Below, piece by piece: positions 25,751 to 41,037 of a stretch of DNA of 64,000 nt. Each line of letters begins with the position of its first letter. The stretch's first letter is position 1. Made by a program: the position numbers and the translations under genes. A model generated the notes under the pieces. It was given only the letters and a program-made list of their open reading frames with translations. It was not told the DNA's origin and did no database searches. This DNA is from Octopus sinensis (lineage: Eukaryota), in the NCBI RefSeq assembly GCF_006345805.1, contig NC_043011.1:26982464-27046463 (forward strand). Reading direction: 5' to 3'.

Positions 25751-28142
25751 TTAAACTAAAGATATATTATAGAATAAAATTTAAAGACGTTGTGTTACAT
25801 GATAAATACCAAAGATATGTTATTTAATAAATATAAAATGATATTTCAATGGAAACAATTATCATGTTACTTAGAAGAAAAAGAAATAAAAGATGTCTCA
25901 TTACACAGCATATTGTGATATGGTAAAAACAAATAACATCATGTTACACAATAAAAATAAAGACAGTAATGTTAACAATAGAAACATGTTACAAATAAAA
26001 ACAGAGCTTGTTATAAACACTATCTATGTATCATACTTAATACATTGTTGATGGGCAATTTACTGTAGTATTTGTCCAGAGATAACATCTGTGATGGATG
26101 TGCTGAGTTTGAAAACAAGATATATCAGAGACAAAAAGAAAATTCGAAGCAGTGGTGAGCAAGAATGCTGGGTGCATTTCAGCCTCGTTGAACCTTATCA
26201 CAGCCAGCCACATGCCAAGAAGAGATTTGTTGCCTCCAATATATAGGAATCTGTATCTTTTACTTGTTTCAGTCATTTGACTGAGGCCATGCTGGGGCAC
26301 CACAGGACTTATTTTTTTAAAGCGTGGTACTTATTCTATCAGTCTCTTTTGCCAAGCCTCCAAGTTATGGGGACATCATCAGTGGTTGACAAATGGTGGT
26401 GGGGGACAAACACAGACGCGCGCGCACACACACACATACACACACACAACACACACACACACACACACACATATGACAGTTTTTTTTCTTTCAGTTTCTG
26501 TTTACAAAATCTATTTTACAAGTTTTTGGTCAGCCTGAGGCTATAGTAGAAGACACTTGCCCAAGGCACCATGCAGTGGGACTGAACCTGGAACCATGTC
26601 GTTATTGCAAATAGTCACCCATGTCAAAAACACAATGATGTCAAGTTACTCAGCAAAAATAAAATGCTATGTTTTGCATAAAACCCAAAAGATAACAAGT
26701 TACACAATAAAAACAAAAGTTGCTGTGATTGACTTCAAGAACGTCAAGAGACATTTCAGAAGGAAAGGACCATTCTACTGATTGGCATGTTTGTAAATGT
26801 CTTGATGTTCTGCTCTTTCTACTGATGCTTTAATGACCTTTATTCTTCAGTACTGGCTGGCTATCTCTATTCAGGCATTCCTGACCCACTTGTATCTCCT
26901 CTTCTCATCCACTTTTGGTATGGTCACTTCCTCAGGCTCTGCACGCTACTCGCAGTCCCTCCTTCTTAGAATGTTGCCCTCAGGAATTGTCACCTCATTG
27001 AAATGCAGCCATGCCTGGACGCTACTCTGAAGGGTCGACCAAACAAATGTCTGGCACCCATATTTTTTTTTTTTGCCAGATCACTCAGTTATAGGAATAT
27101 AAATAGACTAACACCAGTTGTCAAATAGTGGCCAGGAGACAAGCACACACAAAGACACACACACATACACAATGGGTTGTCACACACTTTTCATCTACCA
27201 AATTCACTCCCATAGTATTGGTTGACTTGGAACTACAATAGGGGACATTTTCTCAATGTGCCATGCAGTGAGACTGAACCTGGAACCACTTAGTTGCAAA
27301 GTGAGCTTCTTAACCACACAGCTATGTTTGGCAGTTTGTCTACATATGTCTATTAATTTAATTCTCTCTCTCTCTCTTTTCACCTGTTTCTCTCTTTATC
27401 TCTTTCTGCATGCATACATCTATCCATCCGTCCATCTCTTTATCTGTCTGTCTGTCAGTAGTAGAATTTTACTCTTTTACTGGTTTCAGTCATTTGACTG
27501 TGGCCATGCTAGAGCACTGCTTTTAGTCGAGCAAATTGACCCCAGGATTTATTCTTTGTAAGCCTAGTACTTATTCTATCGATCTCTTTTGCCGAACGGC
27601 TAAATTACGGGGGCATAAACACACCACCATTGGTTCTCAAGTGATGTTGTAGAGACAAACACATAAACATACACATACATATATATATATATACATATAT
27701 ACGACGGGCTTCTTTCAGTTTCCGTCTACCAAATCCATTCACAGGGCTTTGGTTGGCCCGAGGCTATAGTAGAAGACACTTGCCCAAGGTGCCACACAGT
27801 AGGAATGAACCTGGAACCATGTGATTGGTAAGCAAGCTACTTACCACACAGCCACTCCTGCACCTGAGAATAAAATGAATTTGAGAATAAAATGAATTTA
27901 CTTTTAGTGTTAAATCTAACAGGCATTACATTAGTACTTTGTCAAGGTAGCAAACAAGAAATAGTGATGTTACTTCACAGCACACAGATGGCAGTTGAAA
28001 TCTATTTATTTTTGTGTTTGTAGTTCTGTTGATCATTGATGTTGAAGTAGTTAAGATTTCCACTTTAACTATAGTTAACCTTTACTGTACTTATATTTGT
28101 TTATGATTAACTGAAGGCTACAAGAGTTACTGTATCATACTT

Positions 28143-28173
<31 letters not shown>

Positions 28174-28794
28174 CACACATACATACATTTATTTCTGACA
28201 AATATGTATAATATAATGATATACAAGAAATTGATACTTATACATAAGAATTTAACACTTAATGCTAATTGTAGTTGATGATAGGAGATTTTTGCTATTA
28301 TTGCTCTCTTCCTGAGAACATAGCGTTGTAATATCAATATCAGTACAATGAGTAATTTATTTAGTGTCGTTAACGGTTGAAATGATAGAATTATGGTAAT
28401 CAGTGTCTGCAAGACAGATTGACAAAGATTTCTTATGTGTAAAGCACATTTGTTAAATACAGTCACGTATATTGTCTTAACGGCAATACATTTTAGAGTA
28501 AGAATTTCTGTCTAATAAAAGGGACAGTTTAATCTATTATCAGAGCTTCTCTGTAACCAATGAAACCAATGATATTTTTCATACTGATTCAGTGATCTTT
28601 TAGAAATTAAAAGCCTCATGTGTGAAACAGCTAAGTGTTGGTGACAAGAAGAGGGTCTACCTGTAAAAATAATGTCTCCAATAAGTATCCATCTACCTCA
28701 TACCAGCATAGAAAAATGGATGCAAAACAAACCAACACATATATAAAGATATGCAAATGTTTACAAATACATATATATTATATATAACTATTTT

Positions 28795-28830
<36 letters not shown>

Positions 28831-28837
<7 letters not shown>

Positions 28838-29102
28838 GTATATAAATTACACACTGAGAAGCAAACCACTAGGAGGTCTCTTTGCATGCTGAAAAGAGAT
28901 GTCAAATCCTCAAATCATGAAAAATACTGTCGGCGGGCAAGACAACTTGAAAAAATTAAAAAAACCAAATTGTCTTGCCTGCCAACAGTCAATGTGCTAA
29001 GAATGTATTTTTCATGGTTTGGGGATTTAACATCTCTTTTCAGCATGCAAGGAGACTCCTAGTAGTTCTCCTCTCAGTGTGTAATTTATACACATGTATA
29101 TA
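28831..29102. mobile_element. Palindromic (fold-back) MITE-like element inserted next to (TA)n
   Basis: Arms of ~95 bp (aaattacacactgaga..catgctgaaaagagatg..catgaaaaatac) plus an inner ~22-bp inverted pair (gcgggcaagacaa / ttgtcttgcctgc). Confidence 0.85.
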
Positions 29103-29281
29103 TATAAAAACATATTGTGGTCTATGGACAATTTTTTACGTATGCTGGCCACTGGTATAAATTATTATCTTTAATAATTTTTACCCTTATATATTTATAT
29201 ATATATATATGTTAGATAGAATGAGATAACAAAGCAAAGGCCGTGAGGAGTTTTCAGGACATTTATAATGAGTCTTACATC

Positions 29282-29572
29282 TAAAGTAGTTGTATACTGT
29301 CAACTTAATGTGACAGTCCCATGAAGGGAATCATACTACTGCTATTTAGCCCTAGGAAGCAGCAACGCTTCCAATCTGCCTTGACACATTTCTGTGTCCT
29401 TATGTTTGCAAGGGGGAGATAAGCACCTTCACCCAGCTAAACCTGCATTCAGATACTAGTTTCTGAGTCTTTACTCGTCAAAGGCTAGATAGGCATCTCC
29501 AACTAGCAGGCCATGCTACTCCAGACTGTGACTGGGACTGTCATATTAAGTTGACAGTATACAACTACTTTA
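29282..29572. mobile_element. MITE with ~38-bp TIRs and TA ends
   Basis: aaagtagttgtatactgtcaacttaatgtgacagtccc / gggactgtcatattaagttgacagtatacaactacttt (one mismatch). Confidence 0.85.
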
Positions 29573-31086
29573 TCATACCACTACTGCATAAATCTCTCTG
29601 AGATATTTAGAAATGTATTATTTCTAGTCTTACAGCTGTTTCAGGGATATTACAGATATCCCTTCATCAGAGACAGTGTGAGAAAATATTTGAGTTGGAA
29701 TTATTGTGGAAGAGGAAGAGATAGGGGATATAGAGGGACATAAGAGAATGAAAGTAGAAATAAGATATATAAAGATATTGTAGTTGCAGTTCCAATATTT
29801 GAGGAAAATGGTGTAAAGAAGTGGTAAAAAAGTTTCCTGTACATGGTTTGTAAGTTCCAATAGCAGTTCTTGTTTTGTCATTTCCAAGTATGGAGCTGTG
29901 GGATCAGTGTTGCTCATTGGAAAGGGTTTTGTGGTGTGAATGAAAATTTGAGAATGTATTGGTAGTATTTGTGGATAGATGGGGGGAGGATAGATGTATG
30001 ATTAGAAAAAGGAGATAGGTCAAAATGAAAACAGGAAGAGAAAATGAGAGGAAGAAAGAGAGAAAAAAGAAGAAAGGGAGAAAAAAAAGTGAGAAAGGAG
30101 TGTTATTTGATGGTCAAGTTAATGTGATGGGAGGAAGGGAGAGGCAAGGGAGGGATAGGAGAGATAAGAAGATAGGGAGTAAAAGAATGTGAAATGTGAA
30201 AGTAGGGGTGATATGTCAGGGTTGTATTAATGGATGGGTAAAGAAAAGGTATGGGTGGGGTGATACTGGAGTAGTAGTTTTGGTAGAAAAATTTGAAGTG
30301 GAGGGAAGAATACTAGAATGTCAAATTACTATAAATAGCCGTATGTGATAGGTTAGGGATAGGTAGGAATCTGAGAGGAGGAAAGAAGGTATAATGATAC
30401 ACATACACATGCACTCACGTGCTTATATATATGCATGATTATGTATACATACACATTCACACACACATGCATATATGCAGACATATATGTACGCCTATAC
30501 ATACACATGCATATATACACTTGCATGTTCACATGTGCCCATAAATGTATGCATACCTGCGTATACATGTGCATATGTGTATATGCACATGCACATGTGT
30601 GTATGCAGGTGCATATGCATTTACAGTCACACACATGCAATTACTTACATACACCTATATGTACATACTCATATATTTTTGTATGCATATATGCACACAC
30701 ACTCACACATGCTTTACAACGTCTTGTCAGATGCTGGTGGCGTATAATCTCTCTTCAAAATGGAGAAAAGGCCTCATGGCTAGTTATTGAACACACAAAG
30801 GGGAAAAGTCAAGAGCAAGAGATTGTCTTCCTTAGACCACTACCCTGAATCTGCTCAGTCAACTTGCAGGTCCCAGGATTTCTGTAGGAATCGCCTGAAG
30901 TGTGAAGCATAAGGCGATGGCAGGTCTGGCTGTCTGGTGTTAAATACCTATATATATATATATATATATCACGTGATCACGTGACGGACCAGACTATCAG
31001 ATGTTGTTACACATCGCTGGTCACAATGCGTTTGCATTGTTTTAGCCTTCGAATGATGCCACCCCGCTGGCTAAGCGAGCAGGCCA

Positions 31087-31156
<70 letters not shown>

Positions 31157-31459
31157 TATACACACACACTTATATAATGATATATATATATACATATATG
31201 TTTAAACTCCTCTCAAAGGGATTTTAGCATCCAAATTCCCTGATTTGATCCAGTGTATCAGTGAAAAACCAAAGATGTTATTTCTGCATTGATGGAAATG
31301 AGTATATTACCATTTTTGTATAAGAAAAAGAAATCCCATCCTAACCTGAAAAATAATAGTAATGTAGTAAATAACCATCATACTGAATATAATGGTATAA
31401 ATCAAAATAGTAATCATCATCATCATCATTTAAAATCTATCTTCCATGCTAGCATGGGT

Positions 31460-31840
31460 AGGTGTATGTTTAATAATTATTGTAAGCAAAAAAACGTATA
31501 TAGCTGTAGAGTTAAACCTGAAGGTAAGAATTTCTTTTACATTGGTACAACAGAAAACTTAACAAAAAATGCATTGCTAATCACAATTATACCTTTAATA
31601 ATAAAAATAAGTTGTCTTCTACCAGTCTTAGTGAATTTATTTGGGACTTAAAGGACAAAAATAAAATGTTTACTGTGGAGTGGGAAATAATAAGCAGGAC
31701 TGGTGCCTATAAAACTGGAAATGCCTATTGTTTTCTTTGTGTGTAATGAATTATTTCAAATCTTAAATTCTAGACATAGACTCCTTAACACCAAAAAAGA
31801 GAGTAGGTTATTTTGTGTTCATACATGTAAGCATGTTTTC
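31460..31840 (+). mobile_element. Penelope-like element GIY-YIG endonuclease remnant
   Basis: NVYSCRV...FYIGTTEN, then with a frameshift ANHNYTF...STSLSEFIWDLKDK and a C-x2-C 'YCFLC' segment; typical of the PLE GIY-YIG region. Confidence 0.75.
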
Positions 31841-34800
31841 AAAAATTACCATTAAATATAATGTAAGGATTATTAGGACTATAAATTAGGTGGTATCTTA
31901 GGATTAATTTACTAACAAATGTAACTAAAAAGATTAAATAATTCCTTGTAGTTATATTAATATGAAAATATTAAATGAATAGTAAATATAAATATAAGGT
32001 TTTATTTATGAGTAACTGTATTATATAACGGTTGCTGAGACATTAATTTAAGTACGTATCTCAGGAATCTGATTATTATTAATAAAATAACAGGTAATTT
32101 TTAAGTTAAAGATATTAATGTATTAATTTAATAATGGTTTTAATTTTTATCAATTTTGATTTGTTAACATTAATGCTTTCCTTTATCATGACTGTTTGCG
32201 TCTATTCTCAGTATTATAAATAGATATATATTTTGTACAGATGGCGTAATATTCAACTTTGCTAATTAGTGAACAGTTTTCATTCATCATCGTCCAGTAG
32301 CTGTCAGTACATTAACAAATGCACACAGAAATGCATAAAAAAAATATTACATGTGGCTGTGTGGTAAGTAGCTTTCTTACCAACCACATGGTTCCGTGTT
32401 CATTCCCACTGCGTGGAACCTTGGGCAAGTGTCTTCTACTATAGCCTTGGGCCGGCCAAAGCCTTGTGAGTGGATTTGGTAGACAGAAACTGAAAGAAGC
32501 CTGTCGTATATATGTATATATATGTGTGTGTATATGTTTGTGTGTCTGTGTTTGTTCCACCAACATCGCTTGACAACCGATGCTGGTGTGTTTACATCCC
32601 CGTAACTTAGCGGTTCGGCAAAAGAGGCATATAAAATAAGTACTAGGCTTACAAAGAATAAGTCCTGGGGTCGATTTGCCCGACTAAAGGTGGTGCTCCA
32701 GCATGGTCGCAGTTAAATGACTGAAACAAGTAAAAGAACATACGTAACTATGTTTTAACATGAAAATAAATAATAATAATAATTTATTTAGTTGTAATTA
32801 CTAGAGATTACAACTGAGTGACTTAATACAAATTTCTTAAGTGATTAAATATTTTATTGACATTTTGATCTATCATAAATAATAATGTAAATTAGGAATA
32901 TTGTTCTTAGTTTCTAGGTAAAATAATCTTATGGAAGTATTGTTTAAGCTAACTAGCAGATACCTTTATTTTTTAACACATTACATGCACATGCGAACAA
33001 ATGCATTAACCTATTTGCATATACATATATACAAGTAACAGTTTTTAAATGTATTGGTTGCTGAAAAGCACATATCTGGGTCTAACAATGGTCAAACAAC
33101 ATACTGGAATGTAGCTCCTTTCTATCAAATTCTTCACCTGATGAAATGACGAATTAACGATATTCAATATGAAAGTTTAATTTAATTTAATTTAATTTTA
33201 TTTTATTTCTCAAGTTGAATTGGTGGGGCATGGACACATTTGTAGGTGCAATTGGTTTGATATTGTTTGAAAATGAAAATGTTCTAATAAATTAATGTCT
33301 ATATATCCGAATGTGGCCGATGCCAGCACCGCCTTTACTGGCTTCTGTGCCGATGGCACGTAAAAAGCACCAACCGATCGTGGCCGCTGCAAGCCTCCCC
33401 TGGCACCTGTGCCGGTGGCATGTAAAAAACACCCTCTATACTCACGGAGTGGTTGGCGTTAGGAAGGGCATCCAGCTGTAGAAACACAGCCAGATCAGAC
33501 TGGAGCCTGGTGCAGCCTCTTGGCTTCCCAGACCCCAGTCGAACTGTCCAACCCATGCTAGCATGGAAAACGGACGTTAAACGATGATGATGATATCAAT
33601 TTCTCTATTTTCTTTTTCTCATACAAAAATGGTAATACACATACACACTCACACGCACACACATAATTGTGTTTGTGTCTGTGCGTATGTGTGTGTTTAT
33701 GTAAGTGTACAAACTCCCTCACATACTCATACATACAGCATATATCGACAAAGAAAGAGAAATCATATTTTCATAGTGTCTGTTTCTTTTTGTTTGTTGA
33801 GATTTTATCCGAGACTGTATTTAGGAGATACAAATAATATACTTGTTAAGCAGAGTCTGTTTGATCATTATTAATCCGTTTAAATTTCTATTAACTCTAC
33901 TTTCTTTGATGTACTTAGTGCAAAATGTTTCTTTGGTTTTTCCACTAGCACGTTGCCTTTCTGCTAGCCATTTAGACATTGGTATTCAATGAAAATAAGT
34001 ATATATATATAGAGAGAGAAGAGTAAATGTGCAAATTACAACAATGTGGTCAAGCAGCAAAATACTGCAAAACTTGTCAGATTCAAAACTATAACCAGTG
34101 TTTGCTACAGTTTTTGGTCTGTAAATATTTACTCCTTGTAATGATGGCTAAATGTGCACTTCTGTATAGAAATGGAGAGTAATTTTCTAAAACCCATAAA
34201 CAACTATGAATTGGTCTATCTAGATCAGTTCTTTAGAAGTGAGAGAGAAAAGGCAAAGTCTTAAATGTGCCAGCTGTTTTGTTTAACAATCCTTTCATAT
34301 GTCTAATCTGTGGATTTAAGTTGGCTAGATTAAAGTGTCATAAGAGGCATAGATATACAGTCTAAAAGAAAAATGCTGTTGGACCCTCATATGTTGAATC
34401 CAACAAGAAAATATGCATGCACACACAAACACACACATCTGTATATACATTTATATATAAGCATGCATACATATACATATGAGTGTGTAAACATCCTGAT
34501 AAAAGATTTCATACCGTTTTAAAAAAAAATAAATTTAAAAAACAAAATCACCTTTACACTTCAAAACTGCATTAAGCAATTCTTATAGACTTTCAAGTAT
34601 ACATATTTATCATCATCAACATTTAACATCTATTTTTCCATGCTGGCATGGGTAGGATGTCTTGACAGGAACTGGCAAGGCTAGGGGGCCGCACCAAGTT
34701 CCATAGTTTGTTTTTACTTGGTTTCTGCAGCTGAATACTTTTCCTAATGTCAACCACTTTACAGAGTGTACTGGGAGCTTTTTACATGGCATTATCACCA

Positions 34801-35924
34801 GTGCTTTTTATGTGGCACCAGCACTAGTGCTTTTTATGTGCCACCTTGGTTTTAGGATCCCACTTTTGTTGTAGTGGGGGAGTCTTCTTGTGCCACATAT
34901 CTTGGTCATCTATTATCTCCTTTGTAAGGCTCAGCATTTGATATCACCGTTATCATCATTTAACATTGATTTTCCATGTAAGCATATATATATATATGCA
35001 TATGTATAGAAAGGATTAAAAAGAGAGAAATATACTTTACAGTTTAAATTGGAAAGTTGCTACCAATGCTAAATTTCACTAGAACCCCCAAATCCTTCAC
35101 TTTCTGTCCTGTAGAGGCACACGATATGCTGTATGCTAAACAGCACCTTCTAAACAGACACTCTGCAGGACCACATGCAGCCATAATTTCTTCAAAACTT
35201 TTAAACATATCTGAAACCTTATCAATAACAAGGACAACCCACCAAAACAATTACCACAACCTCTCTATCTCTAAACATCCTTAGTTTCCCCATTATTGAT
35301 TCCCATGCAGCCCCCTTCTAATCTAATTCTGTTTTCCTCTACTTTTGTCCCATCCCTAGTCTTGCATATACTGTCTATTTTATAACTTGTTCACAAACTA
35401 CCATGTTTTGAACCGCTTCAAATCCTTGCAGTTATTGATGATACACTTACATCCACTGATCACCACTTGTTCATCTTCAGTGTCTTTGTTTTCTCCTCTC
35501 TTGTATTCTTATTCCACTACATTTTTATTTCACTCATTATTTATGTGATAGATTACTTTTTAGTGTTCTAACATTATATCAGTATATCATTATATAACGT
35601 TTGGATCTCACTACATTTTGTATTTCACAATGTATAATTTGTTGTTAATTTATTATTTCAGTTTATAACTTCTCTTGGCATTTTTTTCTTTTATATCTAC
35701 ATCTCCATTAATTTTCCTCCTTATTCTTAAATGCTAATATCATCATCATCATCAACAACTGTCATAATTGCACCACCACCACCACTACTTTCAATTCGCA
35801 TTTGGTTTTCACATATACATCACTAACATCATGTTTTCTCTATTATATGATTTTGATATTATTACAATTATGAAGATGGTGAGCTGGCAGAATTGTTAGC
35901 ACACTAGGCAAACTGTTTTATCAT

Positions 35925-36940
35925 GCTTTATCATGTGCTTTTATCATGGGCCTCTACAAGATGCTTATCAACTGTGCAAAAGTGGGCAGCTGGATTTAGG
36001 AGGGGAAGAGAGAGTCTTGAAGGTCACCCAAGTTCTGGGGTTCCTGAAACTGTCACCACCGAGGGAAACATTGATCATGTTCATCACATACTGATGGATG
36101 GCAAGCAATTGACTATGAACAAAATAGCCAGTGTTATAAGCATGTTCTGTGAGAAAGTAGAGAATATTCTGCACAATGGAGTTGGCATGAAGAAGATTTC
36201 AGCTTGGTGGCTGCCATATCTTCTGACACCCAATCAATAGCACACCTTGCTGATCACATGAGAAAATCTGACATTATTTTAGGCAGATCCAGCTGGTTTT
36301 CTTGAATGTTTCCTAACCCAGGATGAGTGTTGGCTTCATCACTTTGAGCCAGAGACAGAGAAACAATCCATCCAATGGAAATGTCCCTCCTCACCTGCTC
36401 TAAAGAAGACCAAGTTCGACATTTTTGGGATGCAAAAGGCATTGTATTTATTGACTATTTTCAAAAGGATCACCTATCAATGGAGAGTACAATGCCAACT
36501 TGCTGGGGCAGTTATGAAAGGCTATCAAAATGAAATGCCCAGAAAAACTGATGAAAGGGGCCTTGTTTCATCAGGGTAATGCTCCAGCACACAAGTCCTT
36601 GGTCTCATTGGCTGCCATGCATCGAACTGGTTGACCACTGTCCCTATTATGTTTATTTGGCTCCATCTGACTATCACCTGTTTCCCAACATGAAAAAGCA
36701 CTTGGCTGGGGACCAGTAATGCAGTGATGGTGACATCACATCTGCTGTTGATGACTTTTTTTGATTAACAGGATGAAAGCTTCTTCACCAGTGGGATCTA
36801 AGCTCTGCAACATTGATTCAAGATGTTTGTGGACCATAACGGGGACTATGTTGACAAAATAAACCTCATTTGGTCACATCCCATGAGATTATTTTGGTCA
36901 GCCAATGAACTTATCAGCTGACACCCATACCTTGAAAAAA
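35925..36940 (+). mobile_element. Decayed mariner transposon
   Basis: KWAAGFRRGRESLE, KKISAWWLPYLLT, TQDECWLHHFEPETEKQSIQW, FHQGNAPAH and LAPSDYHLFP in broken frames; mariner-like 3' terminus near 36900-36930. Confidence 0.85.
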
Positions 36941-38240
36941 TTCTTATGAAAGATACTGAACATTCTTAGTACTGCATACTTTCATCTATAATAAATAAAT
37001 ATACTATATTTTTGATATTATACACTAGTTTCACATTCATTATTCTTATTTGCTTTCTTTCTTATGAGCAGACACATTTTTATGTGATATATGTATATAT
37101 ATTGATACTTATATTTATATTTACTTATATTTATATTCTCTTTTTTATATATATTCTACTTATTATACAACATTACTCTTTTATGTACACTTTTTTATGT
37201 ACATTCCTTTATGTACACTGATTTGTTCTGCTTTTTTATGTTTAACCCTACAGTCTCTTATGTGGTGGTTTAATAAAGTATGTGATTGAGTATTATCTGG
37301 TAATTGATATTTGATTTAGATGTATTTCTCCATTTTCTTATCTTGTATGTGATATATATATATATATATATAAGCTTGAAACATTAAAGACTTTCAATTC
37401 CCGAGCGTTATACTAATACGTCTGTTTGTTTTCTACACCACCTGTCTTCGTCTTTTGTTTTTTTCATGAATTCTCCCTATATATATATATATAGAGAGAG
37501 AGAGAGGGAGAGAGTAATCAGTTGGCTTAGCTCCTCATGCTACATAAAATTTCATGATAATGAAAAAATATGACCAACTTCTAAAACATATGTCTCTATG
37601 TCCAAAGAGCCAGTCATGTTTTTTCTAGTCCACAAAACTTTAAGTATCACGAGGAGCTAAGTTAATCTGTTACTTAATAAATACAACTCCATCTATATGT
37701 GTTGATCTCGGCAGAATTTGAACTCAGAACTTAGAGCTGGACGAAATACCACCAAGCATTTTGCTTGGCATGCTAACAATTTTGCCAGCTCATTGCCTCA
37801 GTAGTTATAAAGTATATTAATATATATTTTACTTAATGAAAGCATTATCTGATATAAGACCCAGTATGTTGTGTAGAGTGGATAGATATGTTTATTATAT
37901 CAAATGCTAACAGTCTACTCTAGATTGGGTTGTTTGTGACTGTATGTACACTACAGTTTGAATGTAACCAAAAAAGCACACACACACACAGGTTCACACA
38001 TATACATGCATACATCTTATATAGTTCTATGTACACATGCACAAAGATTACAGAATAACTATAATTTAAATATCTGAGTTTATTTGTAGAGGAGTTATCT
38101 TTTATGTTATAAATTTTAAAAAATGTGTTTTTGAAGTAGGTGTAGTTTACATTTGAAATTCTTTCATATTCATGTATATATACACTCACACACCATTTAC
38201 ATTTGTCTATACATGTATGTGTGTGTGTGTATATACATAT

Positions 38241-38325
<85 letters not shown>

Positions 38326-38999
38326 ACATTTGAGTGATTGAAAGTTACCTGTAATCACCACTAAGCCAAAAGGTGTCCACTGAATACATCACCTCACGTA
38401 GATCACCGAGTTCATGTCAGTCAACAGTGTTAATCTATCTTTAGGCTATTGATTATGTCTGGAAATTATAGCCACAAGCAGTAAGTAAAATGAAATGAAT
38501 CAGACATCAATTGATTTTTCTGTCGCATGTCTATCATTACAAGCATATCACCATGTTACAACAAGCCAAGGAATGCTAGAAATAAATCCAATCACCCTCA
38601 AATCACGGCTGTACCATCTTTAATATGGTCAGGGTGTATTTAGACAATGCAGTCCTACTGAGTTTGAGTCCCAGACTGGGCTGTGTGTTGTGTTATTTCA
38701 CACTTCTCCAGTTCACTCAGCTGTAGAAATGAGTTGCAACATCACTGGTGCCAAGCTGTACGGGCCTTTGCCATTCCCTTGGATTACACTGGTGGCGTGG
38801 ACTTGTCTGGACTTGTGCCTCAGAGCGGAACTTTCTAGGTGCAATCTCATGGTCATTCATGAGTGAAGGGGGTCTTTACTCGATGCTATATCTTATTTCT
38901 CCCACCTACCTCTATTATCCTTCGCACTTATTACACATATCTCTAACCTCAATCTGCTTCTAATTCATATTTGAATTTTTTCCATGGCGTGGCATGTTG

Positions 39000-40400
39000 G
39001 GACATGCCAGCAGATGGTTCTTAAATCATTTAACAATAATTGGCACTATCTTCACCTTCTTCATTTTTCCTAGCCAGGCTATTTCATTCTTAAGATGGTT
39101 GTATTTATCTATTTTTTGCCTTCCTTCTTGACTATTCGTGAGTCAAAGGGGCATGCAACATAAACTATATAGCACATGTGGTACCTCTTGTCAACCACCA
39201 CTAGATCTGGTCTGTTATGCTCTAGCACCTGATCTATTTGGATTGGGAAATACCAGTGGATTTTACTAGTCTCCAACTCTGCCACTCTCCCTGGTTTGTG
39301 CTCATACTATATCTTGCTTTTCTCTAATCCCCACTTTTCGCACAGTTTCCGGTGTAGCACTTTTGCAACCTGATCATGTCATCACAACCTGTAGTGGTTT
39401 TGGGCAAGTCTAGGGCATTCGTGTGTGATATGGCAATAGTTTCATCCACTCTATTACAGATACAGCACAGCAGAGACACTTGTTCATTCCAAAGGTTAAC
39501 CCTCCAGTTCGTAGCCAAACCTTGGTCTTGCACTGCCAGTATAGTGCTCTCGGTCTCTTTTTTTAGGGTTCCTTTCTTCAGCCAATCCCACCTATTTTTT
39601 CCAGTAACTTCTCTTGTGACTACATGGAATCAATTGTGTAGTCCCTTGTTGCATAATTCTTCTTCGTGTCCTATTTGTACTTCTTCCTTCATTTTTCTTT
39701 TTTTCTCTACTTTCAATACTCCCTTGTTCCTAACTGTCACTAGCAGGGTTTCCTTACTTTAGGCTAGGTATTTCATTAAACTCTTGAGTTCAATATGTAT
39801 ACAGTCTCCCACACCTATCAGTCCTCTTCTTCCATTTGCTCTCTATATGTATTGGTGATCAGTGCCTTCATGTGGATGATGAGCTCCATGCATCATTAGG
39901 AGCTTTCTTGACGTCCTGTCCATTTCCTTTAGCTCCTCCTCTGTCCACTTAAGGATTCTAGTGCCATACCTTTTACACATCATCAACCATTCAAGTGTGG
40001 GGGCACGTGGCTCAGTGGTTAGGATGTTGAACTCATGATCATAAGGTTGTGGTTTCGATTCCTGGACTGGGCGATGCATTGTGTTCTTGAGCAAAACACT
40101 TCATTTCACGTTACTCCAGTCCACTCAGTTGACAAAAATGAGTAATCCTGCAACGGAGACTGCACGCAAGTTTATTGTCGAAATTATGTTTCTGGTATTC
40201 AGCTTTGAAGCCAATATTTTTCTCACTCACTGCAGGTAAACCTCTTTTTGTCTTTTCCTTCATGTCGTTATATATAATTCCATCTGCCTCAAGTATTCCC
40301 AGGTATTTATAGCTGGATTGAGGTTGAATTGCCTTCATCATCTCACCACTTGGCAACCATATGCCTTCTGTCCTGACAAGCTTTCCCCATCTCATCGTCG
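39000..40400 (-). mobile_element. R4/Dong-type non-LTR retrotransposon 3' half, interrupted by a SINE at ~39975-40150
   Basis: SSYKYLGILEAD, WTEEELKEMDRTSRKLLMMHGAHHP, QDQGLATNW, CCICNRVDETIA (zinc knuckle) and HDQVAKVLHRKLCEKWG; stops and frameshifts. Confidence 0.82.
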
Positions 40401-41037
40401 TCATAATTATTATTATTATTGAGGTGGCGAGCTGGCAGAATTGTTCGCATGTCAGGCAAAATTTCACAGTATTTCGTCCATCTTTATGTTCTGAGTTCAA
40501 ATTCTGCCGAGGTTGACATTGCCTTTTTGGGACAATAAGATAAGTATCAGTTGAACACTGGGGTCAATCTAATTGGCTTACCCCCTCCCCCGAAACTGCT
40601 GGCCTTGTGTTTTGAAATCATTATCATTATTATTGTGTTTTCTCTTACTCTTGTTGTTTCCTTCCATTCCTGTTTTTGACTCTTCTGCTCCACCACCTTG
40701 TTCTTCTTCACCACCTTAAGTTCTCGATCACCTTTTTTTCCCCCCCTTCTTTTATGAAATAATAGCGCTTGAAGCAAGAATGAAGTTTTTATTTTTTTTT
40801 TAAGAATGCACTTATATAAACCCAAGAATGCTTTCGGTTCCATTCATCTTGAATGTTCTGTCAAGAAATGAAAAGTTATTATATCATACACATCTCTTTG
40901 CTATTTGCCATTAGGAAACTTTCACAGAATAGATGGGGCTGATGGAGTAGTGAGAGACAGACTGGTGAAATCTTTGTGAAACATTCAATACAAACATTTT
41001 GTCAAACTGTTAACATTATTATTTCTTTGTATTCCAG

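Noticed and set aside
26060-26240. 59-codon plus-strand open stretch with possible splice sites
   Set aside because: The phase is incompatible with the host intron, and no recognisable motif was found; probably transposon debris.
33100-33120. TGGAATGTA, identical to the miR-1 5' end
   Set aside because: The rest of the mature sequence does not match, and there is no hairpin.
33949-33981. 33-nt segment with a good acceptor and GTATTC donor; also 38445-38480 with a GTAAGT donor
   Set aside because: Their open phases (1-1 and 2-2) do not fit the phase-0 intron in which they lie, and the peptides show no motif.
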